From contig CAWETU010000001.1 in the NCBI GenBank assembly GCA_963812135.1, positions 2,080,001 through 2,144,000 of the forward strand: a stretch of 64,000 nt of DNA, given 5' to 3'. Shown one piece after another: positions 41,201-50,288 of this stretch; position 1 is the stretch's first letter; every line of letters starts with the position of its first letter. A program made the position numbers and the translations under genes. The notes under the pieces were generated by a model, which searched no databases, was not told the origin of the DNA, and saw only the letters and a program-made list of their open reading frames with translations. The DNA is from Vulcanimicrobiota bacterium (GTDB lineage: Bacteria > Vulcanimicrobiota > Vulcanimicrobiia > Eremiobacterales > Eremiobacteraceae).

Positions 41201-41626
41201 CTAACTGATTCGGCCTTCCTGCACGTCGAGCAGGTCCGTCCAACCCTTCACTTTGGGTTGGATCGCAGGCGGCAGTTTTGCGCGGCGCTCCGCGAAACGA
41301 GCGCGGTCCGCATCGTCGTCGCCATCATTGGTGAAGTCGCGTGCGAACGCGTCGACGCGCGCGGGCGACAAGTCCGCCACGCGATTTTGCAGCCAACGCA
41401 CCATTGCGGCATCGTCAGGCGATGAGCGCACGCCCTCGAGGAACTCCTCGGGGGTGAGGCCGAGAAACTCGAGCAACGCCATATCGAAGCTGCTCTTGGG
41501 ACCGTAGATGTATTCGCCCAGTGTCCCGGCGAGCGCGGCGCGTGCTTTGTCGATCGTGCGCGGCAGCATGGGGATGCCGATCAGGCGGTCGTTGGGGCTT
41601 CGCGGTATTTCCCGTGTCAGATCCAC
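41201..41626 (-). CDS. DUF5069 domain protein
   Basis: DLTREIPRSP, LPRTIDKARA...GTLGEYIYG, LDVQEGR. Confidence 0.8.
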   Translation of the reverse strand: MDLTREIPRSPNDRLIGIPMLPRTIDKARAALAGTLGEYIYGPKSSFDMALLEFLGLTPEEFLEGVRSSPDDAAMVRWLQNRVADLSPARVDAFARDFTNDGDDDADRARFAERRAKLPPAIQPKVKGWTDLLDVQEGRIS

Positions 41627-41635
41627 AAAATTACC

Positions 41636-42181
41636 CTAGTTCTTCTTCGGGGCCGGCTCTTCGAAGAGCATGCGCGCGGGCATCGCGAATCCTGGCAGGC
41701 TTTCATGCTCGATGACGGAGTCAAAGTCGAAGACTCGTTGTCCGCCGCCGTCATGAACGGTCACGGTCCTCTGGCGAGTGTTTACCTCGAATACCGCTGC
41801 GGTGCCGCAGGTCAGGTAGACGCGGGTTTTCTCTCGCAAGTCCCGTTTGCGATCGCCCGGCGAGAGAACCTCGACGACGACATCCGGTGCGATACGCGGG
41901 ATATCCGCGACATCATCCGCAGCGCCATAGGGTAATCGCTCGTATGAGATGTAGGCGACGTCAGGAACAAGTGGACGGCGGACTTCACCAGGCGGTTGGA
42001 GTCGAAACTCCCACTCTGGACCGACTCTGCCGCGACCTTGCTCGCGCGCCCACCTGAACAGTTCAGATGTGAAAACCCCCTGAGCCAGCGCATGTCTGCG
42101 CTGCGGGCTCATCTTTTTGAGGATCCGCCCGTTGACCCATTCCAACGCCGGTTTTGTCTCAGGCAAGACGATTTCGCGCAT
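41636..42181 (-). CDS. Uma2 family endonuclease
   Basis: LEWVNG, MSP..RH, VPDVAYI, APDVVVEVLSPGD, LPGF. Confidence 0.9.
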   Translation of the reverse strand: MREIVLPETKPALEWVNGRILKKMSPQRRHALAQGVFTSELFRWAREQGRGRVGPEWEFRLQPPGEVRRPLVPDVAYISYERLPYGAADDVADIPRIAPDVVVEVLSPGDRKRDLREKTRVYLTCGTAAVFEVNTRQRTVTVHDGGGQRVFDFDSVIEHESLPGFAMPARMLFEEPAPKKN

Positions 42182-42222
42182 TTCACCGATAGTATATCAC
42201 GCGCGGAGTCGAGACGACTAGC

Positions 42223-42286
42223 CGGTCGAATAAATTCGACCGCTACATTCTTAAGTGCATTCGACCGCTACATTTCGTTCGCTACA
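42223..42286 (-). repeat. REP-like palindrome, copy 8, plus two truncated tandem remnants
   Basis: Full copy 42223-42247, ATTCGACCGCTACA 42259-42272, CGCTACA ending 42286. Confidence 0.85.
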
Positions 42287-42289
42287 CTC

Positions 42290-43384
42290 TTAGGGTTTGT
42301 AGGTTACGCGGTAGATCGTGCCGTTCGTGTCGCTGCTGATGTAGAGCGAACCGTCGTTGCCGACCACAACACCTACTGGACGGCCGCTCACGCTTTGGTC
42401 GTCGTGCAGCCAGCCGGTGACGAAATCTTCCGCGCGCTGCGGGCGGCCATTTTCGAAGAACACGACGACGACTTTGTAACCGACCTTCGATGAGCGGTTC
42501 CATGAGCCGTGATCGGCGACGAAGAGCGCGCCGCGATAGCGCGCTGGGAATTGCGTGCCATGGTAGAACGCGATCTGCAACGGCGCGTCGTGCGCTTGAA
42601 GGTTCAGCTCCGACGGATGCGTGCCCGCGCACTTCGCCGGGTCCTTGTACTCTGGGTTCGGTACACGATTGCCGTTGCCGGCGTAACAATACGGCCAACC
42701 ATAGTTCGCGCCGGCGACGATCCGATCAACTTCGTCCGGCGGCACATCGTCGCCGATACCGTCGCGGCCATTGATGACCGCCCATAAGCGGCCGGTGTCA
42801 TCGAAGGCGAGACCAGATGCATTGCGCACGCCAGACGCGTAGATGGCGCCTTTGCCGCCGTTCGCATCGTAACGCAGCACAGTCGCGAAGCGTGGATCCG
42901 TTTCGATGCAGACATTGCAATCCGAACCGCTCGAGACGAAAATCGAGCCGTCCGCTGCCAGCGCGATCGCGCGATTGTGGTGGTCGCCGCCTTGGGGCAT
43001 ATCGGTGAACAGCGTCTGGTGCGGGGTGCCGTCCGCGGGGGGATAGTGCAGCTTGGTGACGCCCGACCATGCTGCGACGTAGAGATCGTCGCCACGGAAT
43101 GCGAGGCCGTGCGCGATCGGCAAGCCGGTGATGACGACTTTGGGGTCCGCATCGGGCGGTGCGCCTGGCGTCAGCGCGACAACGCGATCCCTCGATATCT
43201 GCGAGACGAGCACGTCGCCGTTCGGGGCGACGGCCAAGAAGCGCGCACCCGGCACTCGAGTTGAAACGACGGAAATGGCAAAGCCTTGAGGCACGTGGAG
43301 TTGCGTCGTGTCGGCGGCGCGCGCCGAGCAGCCGGTCAGCGCGAGCATCGCAAGGAGGGCTACGAGGCGGTGGTCATGGGCCAT
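42290..43384 (-). CDS. PQQ-dependent sugar/sorbosone dehydrogenase family lipoprotein
   Basis: LTGC lipobox, GVRNASGL, NGRDGIGDDVPPDE, HGSWNR, GRPVGV. Confidence 0.9.
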   Translation of the reverse strand: MAHDHRLVALLAMLALTGCSARAADTTQLHVPQGFAISVVSTRVPGARFLAVAPNGDVLVSQISRDRVVALTPGAPPDADPKVVITGLPIAHGLAFRGDDLYVAAWSGVTKLHYPPADGTPHQTLFTDMPQGGDHHNRAIALAADGSIFVSSGSDCNVCIETDPRFATVLRYDANGGKGAIYASGVRNASGLAFDDTGRLWAVINGRDGIGDDVPPDEVDRIVAGANYGWPYCYAGNGNRVPNPEYKDPAKCAGTHPSELNLQAHDAPLQIAFYHGTQFPARYRGALFVADHGSWNRSSKVGYKVVVVFFENGRPQRAEDFVTGWLHDDQSVSGRPVGVVVGNDGSLYISSDTNGTIYRVTYKP

Positions 43385-44570
43385 AGCTGACGCGATAGAT
43401 ATACCCGTTCGAATCATCGCTTATGTAGAGCGATCCGTCCGGAGCGACGGCGAGCCCGACCGGCCTGCCCGTCACGCTGTTGCTCGGCGTCAGCCAACCG
43501 GCGACGAAATCAGTGGGCGCGCTCGGCATGCCGGCGGAAAAAGGCACGAACACGACCTTGTAGCCGGTCGGCGGATTGCGATCCCACGAACCATGAAACG
43601 CGACGAATGCGCCGCCTCTATACTGCGCCGGGAACATTGAACCGTTGTAGAACACGATGCCGAGCGGCGCTGAGTGCGCCTGCAGTGGCTGTGTGTTTCG
43701 TATCTGGCCTGCGCAGCTCGGACTAGCCACCGGCGAGTCCGGGTTCGGCTGGCGATTCCCGACCAGATCGGGGTAGCACGTCGGCCACCCGTAGTTCCCG
43801 TTGGCAATGACTTTGTCGAATTCGTCCGTCGGCAGATTGGTGTGGTCGGGGGTCAGATCGTCGCGCTGGTTGACGACCATCCACAGCTGCCCTGACTGAT
43901 CGAACGCGAGCCCGCTGCCGTTGCGCACGCCGGTCGCGTAGATCTGCGCGTTTTGGCCGTTGAGGTCCATCGACATGATCGTCGCGTACTTTGGATCGCT
44001 TTCGCTGCAGATGTTGCAGTCGCTGCCGGACGACAGGTAGACCGTGCCGTTCGACGCGACCGCGAGCGAGCGGTTGTTGTGATCGTTGTTCGGTTGCGGG
44101 AGCCCGCTGTACAGCGTTTGCACCGTTGTATTGGTCGGATAATTGCGGATGACGCTCAGGCCGGTTTGCGTGCCGATGTAGAGGTCGCTGCCGTTGAAGG
44201 CCAGCCCGTGCGGTCGTGTGAGGCCGCTCGCAATGACGTTAGGAGCGGCGTTCACCGCCGAGCCGAGCGGGATCGCGACGATTGCGCCGTTGTTGGGCTC
44301 GGACACGATGAGGTCGCCGTTTGGCGCAAAGGCCATGAATCGCGCATTCGAGACATTGTTCGAAACGAGGGCGATCTTAAAACCGGTCACCAAGCACAGG
44401 TTCATCGAGGGCGTTGGCGTGGCGCTTTGCGAGCAGTTCTGCGGCCGGCTCGTCGGGCCTGGCATCGGATTGGCGCCGGGGTTAGTCGGACCAGGCATCC
44501 CAGATGAGGTGCACGCCGCGATAGATGAAGCGCAGATGAGCGCGACAGCGGATGAGAACCGTTTCATCAT
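43374..44570 (-). CDS. PQQ-dependent sugar/sorbosone dehydrogenase family lipoprotein (tandem paralog)
   Basis: IAAC lipobox, GVRNGSGL, HSAPLG, HGSWDR, GRPVGL. Confidence 0.9.
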   Translation of the reverse strand: MMKRFSSAVALICASSIAACTSSGMPGPTNPGANPMPGPTSRPQNCSQSATPTPSMNLCLVTGFKIALVSNNVSNARFMAFAPNGDLIVSEPNNGAIVAIPLGSAVNAAPNVIASGLTRPHGLAFNGSDLYIGTQTGLSVIRNYPTNTTVQTLYSGLPQPNNDHNNRSLAVASNGTVYLSSGSDCNICSESDPKYATIMSMDLNGQNAQIYATGVRNGSGLAFDQSGQLWMVVNQRDDLTPDHTNLPTDEFDKVIANGNYGWPTCYPDLVGNRQPNPDSPVASPSCAGQIRNTQPLQAHSAPLGIVFYNGSMFPAQYRGGAFVAFHGSWDRNPPTGYKVVFVPFSAGMPSAPTDFVAGWLTPSNSVTGRPVGLAVAPDGSLYISDDSNGYIYRVSYGP

Positions 44571-44706
44571 CGTCTTACAGCCGTTTCATAGGGGTCTTAG
44601 GCGCGCCTCATGTGCGTGGGAACTCTCGCGGTTATGCTTGCTTGTAGTCGGGGATCGCTCCGACAGCTTCGATCCCGGCATTTCGCCAAGAAAGGGTTTC
44701 TCAACC

Positions 44707-45795
44707 ATGCGAACGCGTATCATTTTCGCAATAGTGGCGGCCATCACCCTTGCCGGTTGCGCCGGCGGCGGTTCGGGCAGCCCGTTCCCCAACCAGCCCG
44801 GCGGCGGCAGCTCCTCTTCGATGACTCCGCAAGAAGCCGCGCAGACGGGCGCCGACACGGCAATGGCCGAGGTCGAGCGCGGCAGTCTCGATAGCACGCT
44901 CTTCTCAGGTTCATCGGGCGTGCTGTTGTCGACAGCCAGAGCTCCGATGCCGCAGACCAGCGGCACGTGCGTCAACGGCGTGATCAAGACCGTGACGATC
45001 ATCAGCCCGACCGAGACGCAATACGACGTGCAGGCCTTCTTCGATCTGGCTTGCACGCAACTGCGTCGCGATTCGTTCGCCGATGTCCAGATCCCGAACC
45101 CCTCGACGGAGAACATCGCGCGCACGATCAAGAACTACAACAACTCCGGCTTGCTGCTCTCGACGCGCAGCGCGAACTACTCGGTCACCGGCAGCCCCGG
45201 CAACTTCTCGGCGGTCGTGACCAGCGCGCTGACGGTCGGCACAGAGACCTCGCCGCAGGAGCAGTCCGGCCATCAGCTGACGGTCGCGCCGCAGAACGCC
45301 AACACGTGGACGATCGCCGGCAACGGCGCACGCATCGAAAACGTCGGCGTGCCGAGCGTCAACGAGTCGTTCGGCGAAGCGGCGTTGCTGTCGAACGTCA
45401 CTGCGACGGTCGACGCGTCGAGCAACGTCACGTTCGCGGGCACGCGCAACAAGACGTTCTACAAAGGCGCGCTCGGCAGCCTGAGCATTCCGTCGAGTCC
45501 GCCGTTCGGCGTCTCGGGGGGCACGCAGACCGGCACGGGTTCGCTCACCGGTTCCGTCGTGTTCGACTCGAACGACCAGCTCGTGAGCGTCGCGCTCAAC
45601 GGCACGCTCGCCAATGGCGACAGCATCGTGGTGACGAGCTCAGGCTCGGGCGCGACGATCTCGATCAACGGCACGATCACCGCTCCGGGCGGCGCGCAGC
45701 TGGCCACCTTCTCGGTCGACCGGTTCGGCGACGGCCTCATCACCTACGCAAACGGCTCGCAAGCCATCATCATGGACTGGCACGTGGTCAAGTAG
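44707..45795 (+). CDS. Hypothetical Ser/Thr/Gly-rich beta lipoprotein
   Basis: LAGC lipobox, GGGSG linker, beta-strand-rich. Confidence 0.75.
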   Translation: MRTRIIFAIVAAITLAGCAGGGSGSPFPNQPGGGSSSSMTPQEAAQTGADTAMAEVERGSLDSTLFSGSSGVLLSTARAPMPQTSGTCVNGVIKTVTIISPTETQYDVQAFFDLACTQLRRDSFADVQIPNPSTENIARTIKNYNNSGLLLSTRSANYSVTGSPGNFSAVVTSALTVGTETSPQEQSGHQLTVAPQNANTWTIAGNGARIENVGVPSVNESFGEAALLSNVTATVDASSNVTFAGTRNKTFYKGALGSLSIPSSPPFGVSGGTQTGTGSLTGSVVFDSNDQLVSVALNGTLANGDSIVVTSSGSGATISINGTITAPGGAQLATFSVDRFGDGLITYANGSQAIIMDWHVVK

Positions 45796-45797
45796 AT

Positions 45798-45822
45798 CGG
45801 TCGAATAAATTCGACCGCTACA
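45798..45822 (-). repeat. REP-like palindrome, copy 9
   Basis: Exact consensus 2 bp after the stop at 45795. Confidence 0.9.
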
Positions 45823-45840
45823 ACACCGAGTACAAAGGAA

Positions 45841-45868
45841 AAGGGACGGGGCCATGTACCCGTCCCTT
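45841..45868. terminator. Probable bidirectional terminator hairpin
   Basis: AAGGGACGGG-8 nt-CCCGTCCCTT between convergent genes, A-rich left flank. Confidence 0.6.
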
Positions 45869-45897
45869 CGCCTTTCCCGGAGGAGGGGGTTGGACGT

Positions 45898-46245
45898 CTA
45901 GTCGATGTTCGAACGGCGCTCGGCCTCGGCCGCGCCGCGCATCGGATTGTTGGGGCAACGCCGGCACGCGTACGTCGCGATCGTGCGGAATGCCGACTTG
46001 GTGATTTCACGGCGCGCCGTCAGACGGAAGCGCGTGTAGGCGTCGTCGAACGCGCTCTCGACGCCGTTGCCGGTGAACAGATCCATCGTGAAATGTTCAC
46101 AGCATGCCGCGCACATCGTATCCGTCTTGAACAGCGGGCAGCGCATGCAGCCATCGCCGTGATCGCCGAATTCGTTCCAGGAAGTGGACTGTGGGCTCAA
46201 CGGCCCTTCGAGCAAGCTATGAAGCAGCTCGTCGACGTTGGTCAT
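45898..46245 (-). CDS. Cys-rich hypothetical protein
   Basis: CMRC, CAACCEH, CRRCP motifs in 115 aa. Confidence 0.6.
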   Translation of the reverse strand: MTNVDELLHSLLEGPLSPQSTSWNEFGDHGDGCMRCPLFKTDTMCAACCEHFTMDLFTGNGVESAFDDAYTRFRLTARREITKSAFRTIATYACRRCPNNPMRGAAEAERRSNID

Positions 46246-46299
46246 GCCCGTATGACTAGGCCAGCAGTAGATTTGTTTCGCTCCCGGAAGCCCCTAAAT

Positions 46300-46449
46300 A
46301 TGGACGAACACACGTTCACGGTGGGGCAGCTCGCCGGCCCCGGGACCTACCGCTGCTTGGCCTGCGAAGCGGAGTTCACTGAGTACGCCCTCTCCTTTGA
46401 GATCGAGCCCTGCCAGTGCGGCGGGACCACGTTTGCGCGGGTGGACTGA
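46300..46449 (+). CDS. Small zinc-ribbon protein (49 aa)
   Basis: GQLAGPGTYRCLAC...IEPCQCGGTTF; TGATG overlap with the next gene. Confidence 0.65.
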   Translation: MDEHTFTVGQLAGPGTYRCLACEAEFTEYALSFEIEPCQCGGTTFARVD

Positions 46450-47195
46450 TGCCGTTTGCGCTGCCGCTGATCTTGCTCCACGCCTGGCCGCTCGATGCCA
46501 GGATGTGGCGCTCCCAGGTCGCCGCATTGCGGCCCGAAGGTGTGATCCATGCGCTCGATCTTCCAGGATTTGGAAATGAGCTCGATCTCGATGGCCCGGC
46601 TTCGCTCGACTTTTGGGCCGAGCACTTGTCGGAAGAGCTGCGGGGCATGGGCGTGTCGCGCGCCGTATTCGCGGGCTGCTCGATGGGCGGCTACACCGCG
46701 CTCGCGCTTTTGCGCGTCGACCCTTCTTTAGTGGCGGGCCTTGCGCTCGTCAACAGCCGCGCGGCGGCCGACACGCCGGAACAGGCGGCCAATCGCGCGG
46801 CGACGATCGAGCGGATCGGGCGCGAGGGGACGGATTTCGTGGTCGAGAGCAGCGCGCTTGCGTTGAGCCCGCACACGCGCGAGACCAAACCCGATGTGGT
46901 CGCGGCGCTGCGGGTCATGGCGAGCGATGCCTCGCCCGAAGCGCTGATCAATGGATATCGCGCGATCGGCGCGCGGCCGGACATGCGCGACGCATTGGTC
47001 AGCCTTGAGCTGCCGATGGCGGTCATCGCCGGCGAGGACGATCCAGTGATTCCGTTGACAGAGGCGCGCGGACTTGCGGCTTCAATACCGCACGCGACTT
47101 TCACGCAGGTCGCGCAGGCCGGGCACATCGCGGCGATGGAAAACCCCGATGTCGTGACGGCTGCGTTGCGCGAGTTTTGGAAATCGGTCGAATAA
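46449..47195 (+). CDS. Alpha/beta fold hydrolase
   Basis: LLHAWP, DLPGFG, GCSMGG, GEDD, AGHIAAMENP. Confidence 0.92.
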   Translation: MPFALPLILLHAWPLDARMWRSQVAALRPEGVIHALDLPGFGNELDLDGPASLDFWAEHLSEELRGMGVSRAVFAGCSMGGYTALALLRVDPSLVAGLALVNSRAAADTPEQAANRAATIERIGREGTDFVVESSALALSPHTRETKPDVVAALRVMASDASPEALINGYRAIGARPDMRDALVSLELPMAVIAGEDDPVIPLTEARGLAASIPHATFTQVAQAGHIAAMENPDVVTAALREFWKSVE

Positions 47196-47209
47196 ATTCA
47201 ACCGCTACA
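47185..47209 (-). repeat. REP-like palindrome, copy 10; supplies the hydrolase TAA stop
   Basis: CGGTCGAATAAATTCAACCGCTACA; TAA at 47193-47195. Confidence 0.85.
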
Positions 47210-47219
47210 CACAAACGTT

Positions 47220-47726
47220 TTAGCGGCGTTTGCCGTCTTTGATCACCCAGGGCATGTCGGCCTCGCACGAGTACTTGCGCCAGCCTGGAAGGTCCTTGCC
47301 GCCGAACTTGCCGAGCATCCTGACCGCGCTTGAAGCCTTGTCCTTGCCGAAGCCAGGAAGTGCGAGCAGGCGCTCGTAGACCTCGTCCGCGCTCTTCGCC
47401 TTCTCCCACACCCGGGCGCCTTTGCCGCCATAGTCTGTCGCGATCGTGGCGCACAGCGCTCGTACGCGCTTGGCCATCATGCCGGGGAAGCGATGGAGCG
47501 CCGGGGTCTCGCGGAACACACGATCGAGGCGTGCCGGCGGCGTCGCTGCGATTTTCTTCGCATCCAGTGTGCCCAGCCGGCGGCGCAAATCATACGGACC
47601 CATCATCGCCTTTTCGGTCCTGACCTGTTGCTCAAGGCACAGACCGATGAGCAGCGCGGTGCCGTCCTTGGCGAGCAGCGCATTGGCGGCTTCGTTGAGC
47701 GTAAACGGGTACGAGGATTTTGCCAT
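47220..47726 (-). CDS. HhH-GPD-type base excision repair family protein
   Basis: ALLIGLCLEQQV..EKA..GP, PALHRFPGMMAKRV, LALPGFGKDKA. Confidence 0.85.
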   Translation of the reverse strand: MAKSSYPFTLNEAANALLAKDGTALLIGLCLEQQVRTEKAMMGPYDLRRRLGTLDAKKIAATPPARLDRVFRETPALHRFPGMMAKRVRALCATIATDYGGKGARVWEKAKSADEVYERLLALPGFGKDKASSAVRMLGKFGGKDLPGWRKYSCEADMPWVIKDGKRR

Positions 47727-47748
47727 GGCGCGGCGCACTTTGTCCGCG

Positions 47749-49488
47749 ATGATGCGATTTCCCGTCATGACAATCGTGTTTGTGGCTTGCGCGCTACTCT
47801 TGACTTCTGCAGGGCGGGCGGCGCAAACGGATGAGTTCACCCAGCTCGTCAACCGTTACCTCGCCGAATCGGAAGCGCGCGACCCGCTCTTCTCGGACAG
47901 CATCGGCATCCACACGTACGACGACCAACTACCGGACCTATCGCCCACCGCCCAACAGGCGACGTATCAGTGGGAGACGCAGTGGCGCGTCCGCTTTGCT
48001 GCGCTCTCCGCGCAAAGTCTTTCGCTCGGCGAGCAGGCGGACCAGCGCGCGGTCCTGGACGGCATCGATGCGGATCTGCTCGAGTCTACGACGATCCGCC
48101 CGTATGCCACCGATCCTTCAATATATACAGGGGCGATCGGCGACGCGGTCTACCAGCTGACGAGCCGCAGCTACGCGCCTTTGGACGCGCGGGTCCGCGC
48201 CGTCGCGACGCGCATCAAGTACATCCCCGACATCGTGCGCGCTGCAGAGGCCTCGCTCACCCACCCGCCGCGGGTCGCCGCGGAATTGGCGGTCCAGCAG
48301 AACCAAGGCAACATCGATCTGTACGAGCACGATCTGCCCGCGCTTGCGAAAACGACGTCGAAGGAAACGCAAGCGATCTTAGCGCGCACGCTGCCTGCTG
48401 CGCTTGCGAGCCTCAAAGATCTTCAAGCATTCCTCGCGGGACCGCTGCTCGCGCAGGCAAACGGCAACGCGCGTGTTGGCGCCGCGGTGTTCGACGCAGA
48501 GCTGCGCTTGGTGGACGGAACGGATACGCCGCGAGAAGTGCTCGTTGCACGAGCGCGCGCGAACTTCGAGCGCACGCGCGAAGAGATGCTGCGGCTTGCG
48601 CGCCAGCTGTATCGTCCGCTATTGCACGCGGACGCGCCGGTCGAAGCGCGGACGCAAGACATGCTCATCGACTCCGTCGTCGGCCCAGTCTTGAACGAGC
48701 TGGCGAAGCGCCATCCGGAGCGTGACAAGGTGTTCGTCACAGCGAAGGCCGATGTCGCCGGCCTCGAAGCGTTCCTCACCCGCGATCCTGTCGTGCCGTT
48801 GCCCGTCCCCAGCACGTTGACCGTCGCGCCGACGCCGCAGTTCCTGGCCGGCATCGCCGGCGCTGGCCTGGACTCCCCGGGCCCCTTCACGCCGCTGGCG
48901 GGTTCCTACTATTATATCGATGAGATCCCAGCGTCGTGGAGCGCTGCGCGCGTCGCCTCGTACTTGCGCGAGAACAACAACTATGAGATGCAGATCCTCT
49001 CGCTCCATGAGGCCGTACCTGGGCACTACGTGCAGTACCGATACAACGCGCTCACGCCGTCGCTGGTGCGCCGCGTGTGGCCCAACGGATCGTTCGTCGA
49101 AGGCTGGGCCGTCTACACCGAAGGCATGATGCTCGACGCAGGCTACGGCGGCGGCGACCCGGCACTACGCCTGTTCCAATTGAAGTGGCGCTTGCGCGAA
49201 TACGCCAACGCGATCATCGATGCAGAGTATCACGCCGGCTCGATGACGCAGGCGCAGTGCATGAGCTTGCTTGCCGAGGCTTTTCAGGAACCAAGCGAAG
49301 CGCAGACCAAGTGGCACCGCTTGGAGCTGTCGCACGATCAGCTCTCGAGTTATTTCGTGGGGCTTGACGCGATCGAACAAGCTCGCAACTCCCATCCTGT
49401 GAGCGCAGCCGCCTTCAATAAGAAGCTGCTCGACATGGGGTCTGTCGAACCGCGTTTTATTGGAACCCTAATCGATTCGACGCAATAG
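47749..49488 (+). CDS. DUF885 family exported metallopeptidase-like protein
   Basis: Signal peptide, HEAVPGHYVQ, FVEGWAVYTE, QLSSYFVG. Confidence 0.92.
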   Translation: MMRFPVMTIVFVACALLLTSAGRAAQTDEFTQLVNRYLAESEARDPLFSDSIGIHTYDDQLPDLSPTAQQATYQWETQWRVRFAALSAQSLSLGEQADQRAVLDGIDADLLESTTIRPYATDPSIYTGAIGDAVYQLTSRSYAPLDARVRAVATRIKYIPDIVRAAEASLTHPPRVAAELAVQQNQGNIDLYEHDLPALAKTTSKETQAILARTLPAALASLKDLQAFLAGPLLAQANGNARVGAAVFDAELRLVDGTDTPREVLVARARANFERTREEMLRLARQLYRPLLHADAPVEARTQDMLIDSVVGPVLNELAKRHPERDKVFVTAKADVAGLEAFLTRDPVVPLPVPSTLTVAPTPQFLAGIAGAGLDSPGPFTPLAGSYYYIDEIPASWSAARVASYLRENNNYEMQILSLHEAVPGHYVQYRYNALTPSLVRRVWPNGSFVEGWAVYTEGMMLDAGYGGGDPALRLFQLKWRLREYANAIIDAEYHAGSMTQAQCMSLLAEAFQEPSEAQTKWHRLELSHDQLSSYFVGLDAIEQARNSHPVSAAAFNKKLLDMGSVEPRFIGTLIDSTQ

Positions 49489-49579
49489 CACTGACCGAGG
49501 GAACAGGTGCGAGCGGACCTAAGTACGTGCCACCGCTTAGGGTGCTTTTGTCGAAGCGGCTACGGAGGCTCTTGGCATC

Positions 49580-50269
49580 ATGCTCTTCCCTTTGCTCATC
49601 AGCGCGCTCTCGTTGACGTCGCTGGACGTCGCGGCGGCACCCAATCCTGGGCCGCTGCGCCAAGTCACGTATAAAGTCTCCGTCGCGAACAAGACGTATA
49701 GCGGCGGCGAACACTACAATGGCTTTAGCTCGGCATCGACCGTGACGAGCGACAACGGCACGGTGACCGTGGCGATCATGGCCGTGCAAGGAGATGCGCT
49801 CGGCATCGACGTGACCGAGCTGATGAACAAGACGGGCCGGCCCGCCACCTACACGGGCTCAGTGTCTCCCAACGGGGTGATCTTTCCGCCTGAGACGATC
49901 CAAGACGTGACACGCGAATTGCTGCAATACTTCGCGCCGGTGATCCCGGCCGACAAGCTCGACGTCGGATCGACCTGGGACGTGAATGAGAATCAGGGCG
50001 GCGTCGATATCCGTACGAACTACAAGGTGACCAAGATCGATGGCGCGCTGCTCACGGTCGCCGAGCATCAAACGGTGAAGATCGCGGCGCAGAACGCGAC
50101 GTTCGTGACGGATGGGACAATCGTGCTCAAGCCTTCGCTGCTCGTGCCAGTCAGCGGCGACATCCACCGAACGATCTCGCGCATGACCGTCTCGGGCGAC
50201 ACGAAAACCGAGGCCTCGCTTCATTTCGAGCGGGTGTCGGACTCGAAGGACGTGCCTACGCCGAACTAG
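49580..50269 (+). CDS. Secreted hypothetical protein (tandem paralog 1 of 3)
   Basis: Signal peptide; LRQVTY, DNGTVTVAIM, RELLQYF, GSTW, GTIVLKPSLLVPVSG. Confidence 0.8.
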   Translation: MLFPLLISALSLTSLDVAAAPNPGPLRQVTYKVSVANKTYSGGEHYNGFSSASTVTSDNGTVTVAIMAVQGDALGIDVTELMNKTGRPATYTGSVSPNGVIFPPETIQDVTRELLQYFAPVIPADKLDVGSTWDVNENQGGVDIRTNYKVTKIDGALLTVAEHQTVKIAAQNATFVTDGTIVLKPSLLVPVSGDIHRTISRMTVSGDTKTEASLHFERVSDSKDVPTPN

Positions 50270-50288
50270 TCAGCCAAAGGAGGTAGTG

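Noticed and set aside
41636..42181. Uma2 nuclease as the REP mobiliser
   Set aside because: PD-(D/E)xK-type family without HUH/Tyr motifs; adjacency to one REP cluster is not enough.
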